Assembly (NCBI GenBank): GCA_007117735.1
Contig: SKGA01000002.1
Coordinates: 1 to 42,744 of the forward strand
Length of the DNA: 42,744 nucleotides
DNA from: Candidatus Woesearchaeota archaeon
GTDB lineage: Archaea; Nanobdellota; Nanobdellia; Woesearchaeales; SKGA01
Direction: 5' to 3'
Shown: in pieces, positions 1 to 8,615 of the stretch
How the letters are laid out: each line of letters begins with the position of its first letter
Position numbering within the stretch: the stretch's first letter is position 1
Notes under the pieces: generated by a model
Told to the model about the DNA's origin: nothing
Seen by the model: the letters and a program-made list of their open reading frames with translations, nothing else
Databases searched by the model: none
Position numbers and translations under genes: made by a program

Positions 1-56
1 AGTATCTAAATATTCTTCTTAAGAATCTTAAGGAAGTCTTAAGGTTTAAAGAAATA

Positions 57-127
57 TGCACCGGCCGGGATTTGAACCCGGACCGACGGCTTGGAAGGCC
101 GCAATCCTACCATTAGACTACCGGTGC
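57..127 (-). tRNA. tRNA-Gly(TCC)
   Basis: Reverse complement GCACCGG...GGTTCAAATCC...CCGGTGC-A folds as a cloverleaf; anticodon arm GCGGC-CT-TCC-AA-GCCGT; no encoded CCA. Confidence 0.95.
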
Positions 128-234
128 TAGTAAACAAAAGAAAGCAGAACTTTATTTATAAACATTATGTTTCTTTTTCTTTCTTAAACCATTTTTCGAA
201 TAAACTTTATATATTACTGCTTTTTAGAGACAGT

Positions 235-885
235 ATGAATATTCTTGTTGTTGTTGCACATAGCGATGATCAAATATTGGGGGTTGGCGGAACTATTGCT
301 CGCTATCTTGATCAAGGTCATACGGTGAAAACAATAATTTGTACTGATGGCGAGCTTACTCATCCTCATTTTAAAAAAGAAGTTATTAAAGATATTCGAA
401 GAAAAGAGAGTGAAAAAGCTGATGAGTTCTTAGGTGGGGATGGTGTCTTGTTTATGGGTCTTAGTGAGGGAAAACTTATTTCTCTTCTAAAAAAGAAAAC
501 TCCTCCTCCTTTTCTTGCAGATATGCTCTCTTCATTCAAACCAGATTTGATTTTTACTCATGCGCTTGATGAAGCTCATCCTGAGCATATTGCAGTGGCT
601 CAATATGTTTTATCTACTTATGATTCTGCACCTGCTTCTCTTAAGAAAAAATTAGCAGTGTATAGCTTTGGTGTTTGGCGGCTTGTTAAATGGAAACAAC
701 GAAACACTCCTCGAATGGTTGTTGATATCTCTTCCTATTTTACAAAAAAAATTCAGGCAATTCGTCTGTTTAAAAGTCAAAAATTAGCAATGTTTACTTT
801 AATTGCTTCAGTTTATATTAAAGCGATAACTAGCGGTTTTCGTTATCAAAAAAACTTTGTGGAGGTTTTTTATAAATTACGATGA
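235..885 (+). CDS. PIG-L/LmbE (BshB/MshB-like) family N-acetyl sugar deacetylase
   Basis: MNILVVVAHSDDQ..GVGGTIA, TDGE, R..E and HPEH motifs. Start moved to ATG 235 (TATA-like TTTATATA about 23 nt upstream); the track start overlaps the tRNA. Confidence 0.85.
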   Translation: MNILVVVAHSDDQILGVGGTIARYLDQGHTVKTIICTDGELTHPHFKKEVIKDIRRKESEKADEFLGGDGVLFMGLSEGKLISLLKKKTPPPFLADMLSSFKPDLIFTHALDEAHPEHIAVAQYVLSTYDSAPASLKKKLAVYSFGVWRLVKWKQRNTPRMVVDISSYFTKKIQAIRLFKSQKLAMFTLIASVYIKAITSGFRYQKNFVEVFYKLR

Positions 886-2030
886 AAAAACAACGTTTAC
901 TTATTGCAACGGATACCTTTCTTCCTCGAAAAGATGGCGTTTCTCGTTTTCTTCAAGGATTGCTTCCTCTTCTTACACAACATTTTGAAGTTACTCTTGT
1001 TTGTCCACATCATCAACACATTCCTCCTTTTCAAGATGTCACTATTAAAACAATCAAAAATACCTCTTTTAAGATAAATGATATGTTTATTCCTTATTTT
1101 TCTTATTTTACTATTCGAAAATTGGTTAAACAATCAGATATTGTCTTTACACAAACTCTTGGTCCTATAGGTGCGAGTGCTTTACTTTCTGGTCGTTATG
1201 CTCGAAAAAAGGTTGTTAGTTTTGTTCACAGTTTAGACTGGGAGCTTGCTAAACGTTCGTTGAGTACTTCTTGGTTTAGAAAACCCTTTTATTTTTTTGC
1301 AAAATGGTTTGCAAAATTTTGTTACTCTCGATCATCGCATCTTATTGTTCCTTCAGAATCAATAGGAGATATTTTTACTTGGAAAAAGATTTATACTCCT
1401 CGCTCAATTGTTCATTTAGGAGTTCAAACTTCCAAATTTCAACCTTCTTCCTCTGAGAAAGTTAGAGAGTTGAAACAGCGTTTAGGAATTTCTCTTGCAG
1501 ATACTGTTATAGGTTATCACGGAAGAATTTCTCCAGAAAAGGATCTTCCTACTCTTGTTCGTGCATTTATTACGTTAAGAAAAAAATATCCTCATGTAAA
1601 GTTATTGCTACTTGGAAGCGGAGTAGCTTCTTTAGAAAAACAATTAAAAAAACATAAAGGGGTCATTCTTCATCCTGCAGTCTCTCATGTTCAAGATTTT
1701 CTTTCCTGTATGGATATGTATGTGCTTCCTTCACTAACAGAAACTACTTCTTTATCGGTTCTTGAAGCAATGGCGATGGGATTGCCTGTTGTTTCAACAC
1801 CTGTTGGTTTTGTTAAGGATTATATTCGTTCAGGAAAAAATGGTTTGTTTATGAAACCTTCGCAAAGTCGTTCGTTAGTATATCAACTTGAAAAGTATTT
1901 AAAGGATGATTCTTTTCGAAAACAGGTTGGTGCGCAAGCAAGAAAAACGGTCAATGAACGATTTGATTGGGATCGTAGTGCGAAGGAATTAGTAGAGGTG
2001 TTACTCAATTTTGAAAAGAAAAATCATTAA
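882..2030 (+). CDS. GT4 family glycosyltransferase
   Basis: DTFLPRKDGV N-terminus, GRISPEKD, LPSLTETTSLSVLEAMAMGLPVV (EX7E motif); ATGA overlap with upstream gene. Confidence 0.9.
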   Translation: MKKQRLLIATDTFLPRKDGVSRFLQGLLPLLTQHFEVTLVCPHHQHIPPFQDVTIKTIKNTSFKINDMFIPYFSYFTIRKLVKQSDIVFTQTLGPIGASALLSGRYARKKVVSFVHSLDWELAKRSLSTSWFRKPFYFFAKWFAKFCYSRSSHLIVPSESIGDIFTWKKIYTPRSIVHLGVQTSKFQPSSSEKVRELKQRLGISLADTVIGYHGRISPEKDLPTLVRAFITLRKKYPHVKLLLLGSGVASLEKQLKKHKGVILHPAVSHVQDFLSCMDMYVLPSLTETTSLSVLEAMAMGLPVVSTPVGFVKDYIRSGKNGLFMKPSQSRSLVYQLEKYLKDDSFRKQVGAQARKTVNERFDWDRSAKELVEVLLNFEKKNH

Positions 2031-2919
2031 ATTAGCGGAGAAAACATTAGTTGTTTCTCTTCCCTCATCTTATATTAAAGATTTTCATTTAGAAAAAGGT
2101 GCAGAGCTAGACGTATCTTTTCAAGACTCTTCTATTATTTTCTCTCCTGAATTACTTGTTCAGCCTAAAAAGACTTATGAGTTAGATGCAAAAGGTTTAT
2201 CGGAGAGGAGTTTACGTTGGATTATTTCTAGTCTTCATAAACAAGGTTATGATCAAATTATTGTTCTTCACTACACTGATGAACAACATGCTCTTCTTGA
2301 AGAATTATCTACTTCTCTTTTTATTGGCTTTATTATTAAAGAAAAGACTTCTCTTCGAATTGTTTTAGGAGAAGTTGCAAGTATTTCTCCTGATGAGTTT
2401 GACCGAACGTTTCGAAGAAGTTTTCATCATGCAAAAGATCAGTTTTCTCTTTTTCTTGAGGCTGTTGAACAAAAAGATGTTTCTTTATTTTCTCAGTTGA
2501 TTGCTGGAGAGAAAGAAAATAATAAACTTACTAATTTTTGTGAACGATTACTTAATAAAGATCTTTTTCGAAAAGAAAAAGGACATTTTTGGTATGTTCT
2601 TATTTGGAACCTTGAAAAACTTGTTGATTCGTTAAAATATATTGCTCTTCAAGAACAATTTCCTGAAGATGAGCAAACAACTCTTCTTGTTGAACAAGTT
2701 GTTTCTTTTGTTCATACGTATTTAGATTTAATTTTTTCATTTTCCTTGGAAAAGCTTTCGGAACTTTCTTTAGAAAAGAAAACTCTTGAGAAAGAAATTC
2801 TTTCCTCTTTTCACATTGATTCTGTCTATAAGCATTTTTTACATATGATTCTTTTACAATGTGCTGATTTTTCAGCATCGACACTCGCTATCCAAGAGGT
2901 GGTTGGTAATTCAATTTAA
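2011..2919 (+). CDS. AbrB-PhoU archaeal phosphate uptake regulator family protein
   Basis: N-terminal AbrB-like KRKIIKLAEKTLVVSLP..KGAEL; PhoU-like NKLTNFCER and NLEKLVD; TTG start with GAGGTG upstream. Confidence 0.75.
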   Translation: MKRKIIKLAEKTLVVSLPSSYIKDFHLEKGAELDVSFQDSSIIFSPELLVQPKKTYELDAKGLSERSLRWIISSLHKQGYDQIIVLHYTDEQHALLEELSTSLFIGFIIKEKTSLRIVLGEVASISPDEFDRTFRRSFHHAKDQFSLFLEAVEQKDVSLFSQLIAGEKENNKLTNFCERLLNKDLFRKEKGHFWYVLIWNLEKLVDSLKYIALQEQFPEDEQTTLLVEQVVSFVHTYLDLIFSFSLEKLSELSLEKKTLEKEILSSFHIDSVYKHFLHMILLQCADFSASTLAIQEVVGNSI

Positions 2920-5098
2920 TGCTGATGGATCTTTGGCTGTAAAAAAATCAGTGCCTCGAGATCATATTCAACTCTTTGCTCTTCTTAAAGAACTTTCTTT
3001 TCCGGTAGGAAAAAAACTATTTGTTCAATTACTTCGAGGTGAAAAAAATGCTCGAATTTCTCGACTTCAGTTAGATAAAAACGCTCATTTTGGTTGTTTA
3101 GGAGGGTATCAAGAGGAAGAATTGAATACGTTTCTTGATTTTCTTTTAGGTAAAGAATTTTTAGTGATTCAAAAACATCAAGGTAGATATCCTGTCCTTC
3201 ATTTAACTTCAAAAGGTGAGAAAGAGTTTGTTGATCGTGAGCATTCCTATAAAGTTGATGAGGTTGAATTATCGTTTCAGGCACCTTCATTGCATCAGTA
3301 CGCGGTCACACCTATTACCTCAGAACACCAGTCTCTTATGGATGTGCATGCAGATTTTCTTCAACGATTTACTGTGGAACAACAACAAGCAATTGTTGCT
3401 CTTGAAGCAAAACAACTTTGTATTGCGGGAGCGGGGAGCGGGAAAACAAGTGTTCTCACTCATAAAATTGCTTATTTAGTTAAATTTTGTAATGTTTCTC
3501 CTTCAGAAATCCTTGCGATTACGTTTACTCGAAAAGCGAAACAAGAAATGAAACATCGTCTTGAACAGTTACTGGGCTCTTCTTCTGTTCGTATTGAAAC
3601 GTTCAATAGTTTTGCTGAGAAAGAACTCCTTGCTAAAGGATTTCAATTATATGGGAAAGAAAAACAGATGGCTTCTTCTAAAGAGTTTGTTCGAATTGTT
3701 ATTTCTTCTTTACAAAAACTCGGTCAGTCTGTTGACACTTTTATGAGGCAATACTTTACAAGTAAAGAACAGAAAGGGAAAGAACCTCGAGAACTTTTTT
3801 TTAGTTTTTTATATGATTTTCGAGCAATTTTTGACGGGTATGTCCAACAACCCTCTTTTAAAGAATATATTCCTATTTTAGATAAGGCTCCTCTTACTGA
3901 AAAAATTGTTGCGACTACTATTCTTAAACTCTGCGAGGAGGTCTATCAAGCACTTCACGAGCAAGGTCTTCGAACGTATAGTAATCAATTAGTTGATGTA
4001 ACTGCTTTATATGAACAGTATCCTTCTTCTCGTCGAAATTACAAGTGGATTTTAGTTGATGAGTATCAGGATGTCAATGTTTTACAAGTACAGTTATTAG
4101 AGCAACTTGCTCCTTCTCATCTTTTTGTAGTGGGTGATCCTCGACAAAGTATTTATGCGTGGAGGGGAAGTGATCCTGAAATGATTTATCGATTTATCGC
4201 TCCTGAAACAGCAGTTTTTGAACTAACAACTAATTTTCGAAGTACTTCTCAGGTTGTTTCCTTAGCAAATGAGCTTATTAGTAATTCCTTTAAAGGTCAT
4301 AATAGTTTTGCTCCAATGACGGCGTTTGACACGAGAACAGGTCTTGTTTCCTTAGTGCGTTTTGCTACCGAGCAGACGGAAGCTATTGCGGTTGTTAGTC
4401 AGATTAAGGAATTGGCAGTGGCGAGAAATGACATTTTTGTACTTGCACGAACTAATAAAGCTCTTGATAAAATCCAGGAACAACTTGCTCGTGAACAGAT
4501 CGATTTTGTTGTTCGTACAGAAGAGAAGAAATCTGTTGATATTTCTCAACAAAAAGATAAGGTTGTACTCTCAACAGTTCATGCTGCCAAGGGTTTGGAG
4601 GCAGAAATTGTCTTTTTAGTAGGTGTTACGATGAATTTGTACCCTTGTAAGGCAAAAGATCATAGATTTGTTACGTTATTATCTACTAAGGATGATTATG
4701 ATTCTTATGAGGAAGAGCGAAGAATTTTATATGTTGCTTGTACTCGGGCTAAAAAAGAACTTCGAATGAGTTATGCTGGTTCACCTTCTCCTTTTTTTGC
4801 ACAGAATGTGCTTTCTTGTTGCACACACCGTGTTCAGGAACAACAGACTCGTATTTTTCAATCGTCTGCGCAGCGAGAGGATGTTGTTGAACAACAACGT
4901 CAAGCTCTTCGAAGATGGAGATATTTAGAAGCTCAAGAACGAGGAGTTCCTGCATACATGATTTTTAGCGATCGGGCTCTTGACCATTTATTAGAATTAC
5001 AACCGCTCACGGTTGAAGAATTAGAAGAGGTCAGCGGTTTTGGGAAAACAAAAATTGCGGAGTTTGGCAAGGATATTCTTCATATCATGTATCGTTAG
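2903..5098 (+). CDS. UvrD/Rep/PcrA-type SF1 DNA helicase with N-terminal RQC and C-terminal HRDC domains
   Basis: AGAGSGKT, ITFTRKA, LVDEYQD, VGDPRQSIYAWRG, NFRS, STVHAAKGLE, EEERRILYVACTRAK; start uncertain (GTG 2861 or TTG 2903). Confidence 0.9.
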   Translation: MVIQFNADGSLAVKKSVPRDHIQLFALLKELSFPVGKKLFVQLLRGEKNARISRLQLDKNAHFGCLGGYQEEELNTFLDFLLGKEFLVIQKHQGRYPVLHLTSKGEKEFVDREHSYKVDEVELSFQAPSLHQYAVTPITSEHQSLMDVHADFLQRFTVEQQQAIVALEAKQLCIAGAGSGKTSVLTHKIAYLVKFCNVSPSEILAITFTRKAKQEMKHRLEQLLGSSSVRIETFNSFAEKELLAKGFQLYGKEKQMASSKEFVRIVISSLQKLGQSVDTFMRQYFTSKEQKGKEPRELFFSFLYDFRAIFDGYVQQPSFKEYIPILDKAPLTEKIVATTILKLCEEVYQALHEQGLRTYSNQLVDVTALYEQYPSSRRNYKWILVDEYQDVNVLQVQLLEQLAPSHLFVVGDPRQSIYAWRGSDPEMIYRFIAPETAVFELTTNFRSTSQVVSLANELISNSFKGHNSFAPMTAFDTRTGLVSLVRFATEQTEAIAVVSQIKELAVARNDIFVLARTNKALDKIQEQLAREQIDFVVRTEEKKSVDISQQKDKVVLSTVHAAKGLEAEIVFLVGVTMNLYPCKAKDHRFVTLLSTKDDYDSYEEERRILYVACTRAKKELRMSYAGSPSPFFAQNVLSCCTHRVQEQQTRIFQSSAQREDVVEQQRQALRRWRYLEAQERGVPAYMIFSDRALDHLLELQPLTVEELEEVSGFGKTKIAEFGKDILHIMYR

Positions 5099-5378
5099 AC
5101 TTTTTCTCAATTTTGTGTTTTTGAAAGAAATACAACATGCAGTCAACCCCGTCAAATGTCACTTTCTTTCTTAAGTCTGCATTTCCAAATTCTACATACC
5201 AACCTGCTGCTTCTTGTACGGCACTGTTGCATACAGGGCACAGAGTGATATTTTCTCTTTTTTTTCGTTGAATTTCTTGCGTAATGACTTTTTGTAAGTT
5301 GCCTTTTTTGAGATCTTTTTCAATTAATCGAATATCTTCGATTGGGAGCTCTTCTATCCATTGTGCTAATTTATTCAT
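5085..5378 (-). CDS. Small hypothetical protein with CxxC..FDxxxC metal-binding (TRASH/YHS-like) motif
   Basis: CPVC...KVTFDGVDCMLYF; start moved to MNKLAQW, directly after the upstream regulator. Confidence 0.65.
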   Translation of the reverse strand: MNKLAQWIEELPIEDIRLIEKDLKKGNLQKVITQEIQRKKRENITLCPVCNSAVQEAAGWYVEFGNADLRKKVTFDGVDCMLYFFQKHKIEKKSNDT

Positions 5379-5385
5379 GTTTTTT

Positions 5386-6024
5386 TTACCTTTCCAATTC
5401 TTCAAATACACGCTCTTTTTGGAATAGTATGGTGTAGCTTTTTAATAAGTCTACATAATACTGGTCGTTTCTTTCTTTCCCCTCTTTAATTTCGTTACTT
5501 GTATGTACCCAACAATTTACTTCTTGACTGTTTTGGTGAAATGAACTGATTTCTTTTCGGTAGAATTCTAATTGTTCGGGCGTGGTAATTGCAATAAGTT
5601 CAATAGTTTTTTCTGTTGTTTTTAGTAGGGCAAACCCTTCTAGTTTCTCTAGTAAGTCTTTTTTTGTCCAAAAATAGGTTGATAATATATCGTGATGATT
5701 GGGAATTGTTGTTAATACTTGTAAGTATAGTTGTGTTAGGGGCGTGCTTGTTGCGAGGTTTGTTTGTTTGCAGGTAGTATTTGTTATGTGTATAAGTTGG
5801 ATGATTGGTTTAGCAATTTCGTATTTTTTTGCAGGTTTTCCTACTTTTTGTTCGGTAGATGTTGTCTGTTTAATAATTTCTTTTGCTTCTAAGAGTTTTA
5901 TTTGATTGAGAACGTATGGTAGGCTGACGTTTGTCGCCTTTGCAATTGCTGAAGCACTCGCTGGTTGTTTACTAATTTCTTTTAGTACTTGCATTCGAGA
6001 GGGGGTGAAAAATGTTAGCTCCAT
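5386..6024 (-). CDS. ArsR-like winged-helix regulator with degenerate nucleotidyltransferase-like C-terminal domain
   Basis: SRMQVLKEIS..SASAIAKATNVSLPYVLNQIKLLE HTH and GKPAKKYEI wing. Confidence 0.75.
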   Translation of the reverse strand: MELTFFTPSRMQVLKEISKQPASASAIAKATNVSLPYVLNQIKLLEAKEIIKQTTSTEQKVGKPAKKYEIAKPIIQLIHITNTTCKQTNLATSTPLTQLYLQVLTTIPNHHDILSTYFWTKKDLLEKLEGFALLKTTEKTIELIAITTPEQLEFYRKEISSFHQNSQEVNCWVHTSNEIKEGKERNDQYYVDLLKSYTILFQKERVFEELER

Positions 6025-6068
6025 GTATTTTTTGAAGACGTTTTTTTATATAAATGTATTCTTTTTTT

Positions 6069-6107
6069 ACTTAACTTAATAAGTTATTATGTTAGTTAAG
6101 TTATTAT
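6069..6107. promoter_or_regulatory. Operator-like inverted/direct repeats in a divergent promoter
   Basis: TAACTTA-A-TAAGTTA (6072-6086); ACTTAACT/AGTTAAGT (6069-6076, 6094-6101); TAAGTTATTAT twice (6080, 6097). Confidence 0.5.
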
Positions 6108-6190
6108 TTTTTTGTATTTATAAAAGACAATCTTTATAAAGAATGCTTTTCTAGTTTTGTTTAGTTTGTAAAAGGGGTGACAAAAAGAGA

Positions 6191-7471
6191 GTGAAAGTGC
6201 TAATGTTTGGGTGGGAATTTCCTCCATACTTTGCAGGCGGCGTTGGAATGGTGTGTTATGAATTAACAAAACAGTTATCTTCTCTTGGAGTTGAAATTAA
6301 ATATGTTATGCCTTATGCTCCAGAAACCTTGCAAAGTGACTTTCTTCAATTAGTGGATGTATCTCGAAATGTTGATACAACTCAAAATTTAGAAACATAT
6401 CAACATCTTTCTGTGACCAAAGTTCAAGGTTTGTTAACCGCATACCAAACACAGGATGAATATTTCTTACAAAAATCTTTACTTGAGCAGCGTTCTTCTA
6501 CTCTTTCGCGACCTGCCCTTCGAGATAATACTCGAAAGTTGTACGGGGATAATCTTTTAGAAGAAATGGATTTATTCAGTCAACGAGTTGCTTACTTATA
6601 CGATCAAGGACATTTTAGAGATTTTCAAGTCATTCATGCGCATGATTGGACAACTGTTCCTGCAGCAACTGTTGTGAAACGAAAATCAGGAAAACCTCTT
6701 CTTATTCACGTACATATTACAGAATTTGACAAAAATGGGGGTGCGGGAGCGAATCCTCAAATATATGAAATTGAGAGACAAGGATTTTTTGCGGCAGACG
6801 AAATATTGACAGTAAGTCAGAAAATCAAAGATACTTTAGTTTCTCATTACGGAATTGATCCTCAAAAGATTGAAGTAGTACATAATGGAAATGTAAAAAT
6901 GAACCCTGTTGTACATGCAGGAGAAGAATTTAAACAAGGACATAAAGTTGTTTCTTATCTTGGACGTGTAACTACGCAAAAAGGTCCCGAACATTTTGTG
7001 GAAATGGCTGCTCTTGTTCTCCAACATTATCCTAAAACAAAGTTTGTTATGGGTGGAACGGGTGACAAATTACAATCTTGTATTGACCGCGCTAAACAAC
7101 TTGGAATTTATGATAATTTTTATTTTCACGGGTTTTATACTCGAGAAGATGCGGACTTTTTTTATGATGTCAGCGATGTTTTTGTACTTCCAAGTCTTAG
7201 CGAACCATTTGGAGTAACTCCTTTAGAGGCGATGTGTAAGGATACGCCAACTATTGTAACAAAGCAATCAGGGGTTTCGGAAGTTCTTAAACATGTTTTT
7301 AAAGTAGATTGGTGGGATGTGCAGAAAATGGCCAGTCAAGTACTTCATTTATTAGTTAATCCGACGTTACATGGTTTGTTAAAAAAGAAAGGTAAGCAAG
7401 AAGCAGAATCTCTAGATTGGCAAAAACCTGCAAAAAAATGTATGGCTCTTTATCAGGAGGTGTCTTCGTAA
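6191..7471 (+). CDS. GT4 glycosyltransferase of the glycogen-cluster type
   Basis: MKVLMFGWEFPP, IHAHDW, GRVTTQKGPE, EPFGVTPLEAM; GTG start with GGGGTGA SD. Confidence 0.9.
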   Translation: MKVLMFGWEFPPYFAGGVGMVCYELTKQLSSLGVEIKYVMPYAPETLQSDFLQLVDVSRNVDTTQNLETYQHLSVTKVQGLLTAYQTQDEYFLQKSLLEQRSSTLSRPALRDNTRKLYGDNLLEEMDLFSQRVAYLYDQGHFRDFQVIHAHDWTTVPAATVVKRKSGKPLLIHVHITEFDKNGGAGANPQIYEIERQGFFAADEILTVSQKIKDTLVSHYGIDPQKIEVVHNGNVKMNPVVHAGEEFKQGHKVVSYLGRVTTQKGPEHFVEMAALVLQHYPKTKFVMGGTGDKLQSCIDRAKQLGIYDNFYFHGFYTREDADFFYDVSDVFVLPSLSEPFGVTPLEAMCKDTPTIVTKQSGVSEVLKHVFKVDWWDVQKMASQVLHLLVNPTLHGLLKKKGKQEAESLDWQKPAKKCMALYQEVSS

Positions 7472-8244
7472 TGAAAGTAATTTCTGTGGATGTTCCCGTC
7501 ATTCTTGCACCGTTTCATGTTTTTCAGATAGGAAGCAACCAATCCTATCTTAATCAAGGTCATATGGATCATTGCACCAGGGAAGAGGTGGTCAAACAAT
7601 TAGAAACACTTTGTTCTCTGAGGTTAACTGAAGATGTAGCATTTTGTTTCTCAGGTCCTCTCCTTTCATTTTTAGAAGAAGAACGGCCAGATCTTCTTGA
7701 ACAACTTAATACATTTATCTCTTCACATTCTCGTGCTCATCTCGCTCTACAACCTTATTATACGACGTATCAAACCTTATTTTCAGACTCCACTACTTAT
7801 ATTCGACAACATGCGGCATTACTTGATAAACATTTTTCAAAAACGCCAACTTATTTTGTAGGGGGAGAACACGACTCTTTACCTTCTGTTTCTTCAACTT
7901 CTTCACTTTCTGCTTTCTTATCGCAACAAGAAGAACACTTTTCATTCTCAAGCGAATTACAAACTCATATTCTTGACGAGCTACACTCGCTTGCACCGCA
8001 CGTGTTTGCAACAGAAGATCAAGAACTTATTTCTTCATTCTTACATCTTTCCTCTCCTTCTTTACTTCATCATATGCATCCTGATCATTCAAACGATCCT
8101 TATGATGCGTATACTGCTCATTTATCTATATTACACGATATCACACATCGAATTTTAGTTGCAAAACAATTAGAGAAAGGTATTATTTCTCAGGAAATTC
8201 CTTCTCTTCATCATTCCCCTTCATCGTATTTGTCCAAATTATAA
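7471..8244 (+). CDS. Shortened, degenerate GH57 (alpha-amylase-type) protein
   Basis: FCFSGPLLSFLEEERPDLL, QPYY, F.KTPTYFVGGE and C-terminal DPYDAY..LSILHDI resemble GH57 blocks; the central region is missing; TAATG coupling. Confidence 0.6.
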   Translation: MKVISVDVPVILAPFHVFQIGSNQSYLNQGHMDHCTREEVVKQLETLCSLRLTEDVAFCFSGPLLSFLEEERPDLLEQLNTFISSHSRAHLALQPYYTTYQTLFSDSTTYIRQHAALLDKHFSKTPTYFVGGEHDSLPSVSSTSSLSAFLSQQEEHFSFSSELQTHILDELHSLAPHVFATEDQELISSFLHLSSPSLLHHMHPDHSNDPYDAYTAHLSILHDITHRILVAKQLEKGIISQEIPSLHHSPSSYLSKL

Positions 8245-8261
8245 AAAAGAGGTGACTACTT

Positions 8262-8615
8262 ATGCCGCGAGCAAAGAAAACAACGACAACAAAGAAAGCC
8301 ACAAAAAAATCAACAACGACTCGAAAAAAAACTCGAACAGTCAGAAAAAAGAAGGTTTTCAAAAGAACTGAATTTCCCTTTAAATTAGTAAATGGTGAAG
8401 AGTTAACTCATTTTATTGATTTAGCAGAGAAATTAGCAGATATTGAATCTTATGTTCTTCAACATCATATTGTCGATGACAGACATGATTTTGCTCAATG
8501 GATTCATGATGTATTTGAAGATAAAGAACTAGCAAAAGCTCTTGAGAATAAAAAAGATCCTCAAGAAATGAGACTTATTATTTATCGACACATAGTGCAT
8601 AAATATTTGGAGTAG
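8262..8615 (+). CDS. DUF5752-like small protein with a Lys/Thr-rich N-terminal tail
   Basis: FKLVNG..L..L...HH....HDFAQWIHDVFEDKELA motif; GAGGTGA SD. Confidence 0.7.
   Translation: MPRAKKTTTTKKATKKSTTTRKKTRTVRKKKVFKRTEFPFKLVNGEELTHFIDLAEKLADIESYVLQHHIVDDRHDFAQWIHDVFEDKELAKALENKKDPQEMRLIIYRHIVHKYLE

Noticed and set aside
91-234. N-terminal extension of the deacetylase ORF
   Set aside because: It overlaps tRNA-Gly and the promoter region; homology starts at ATG 235.
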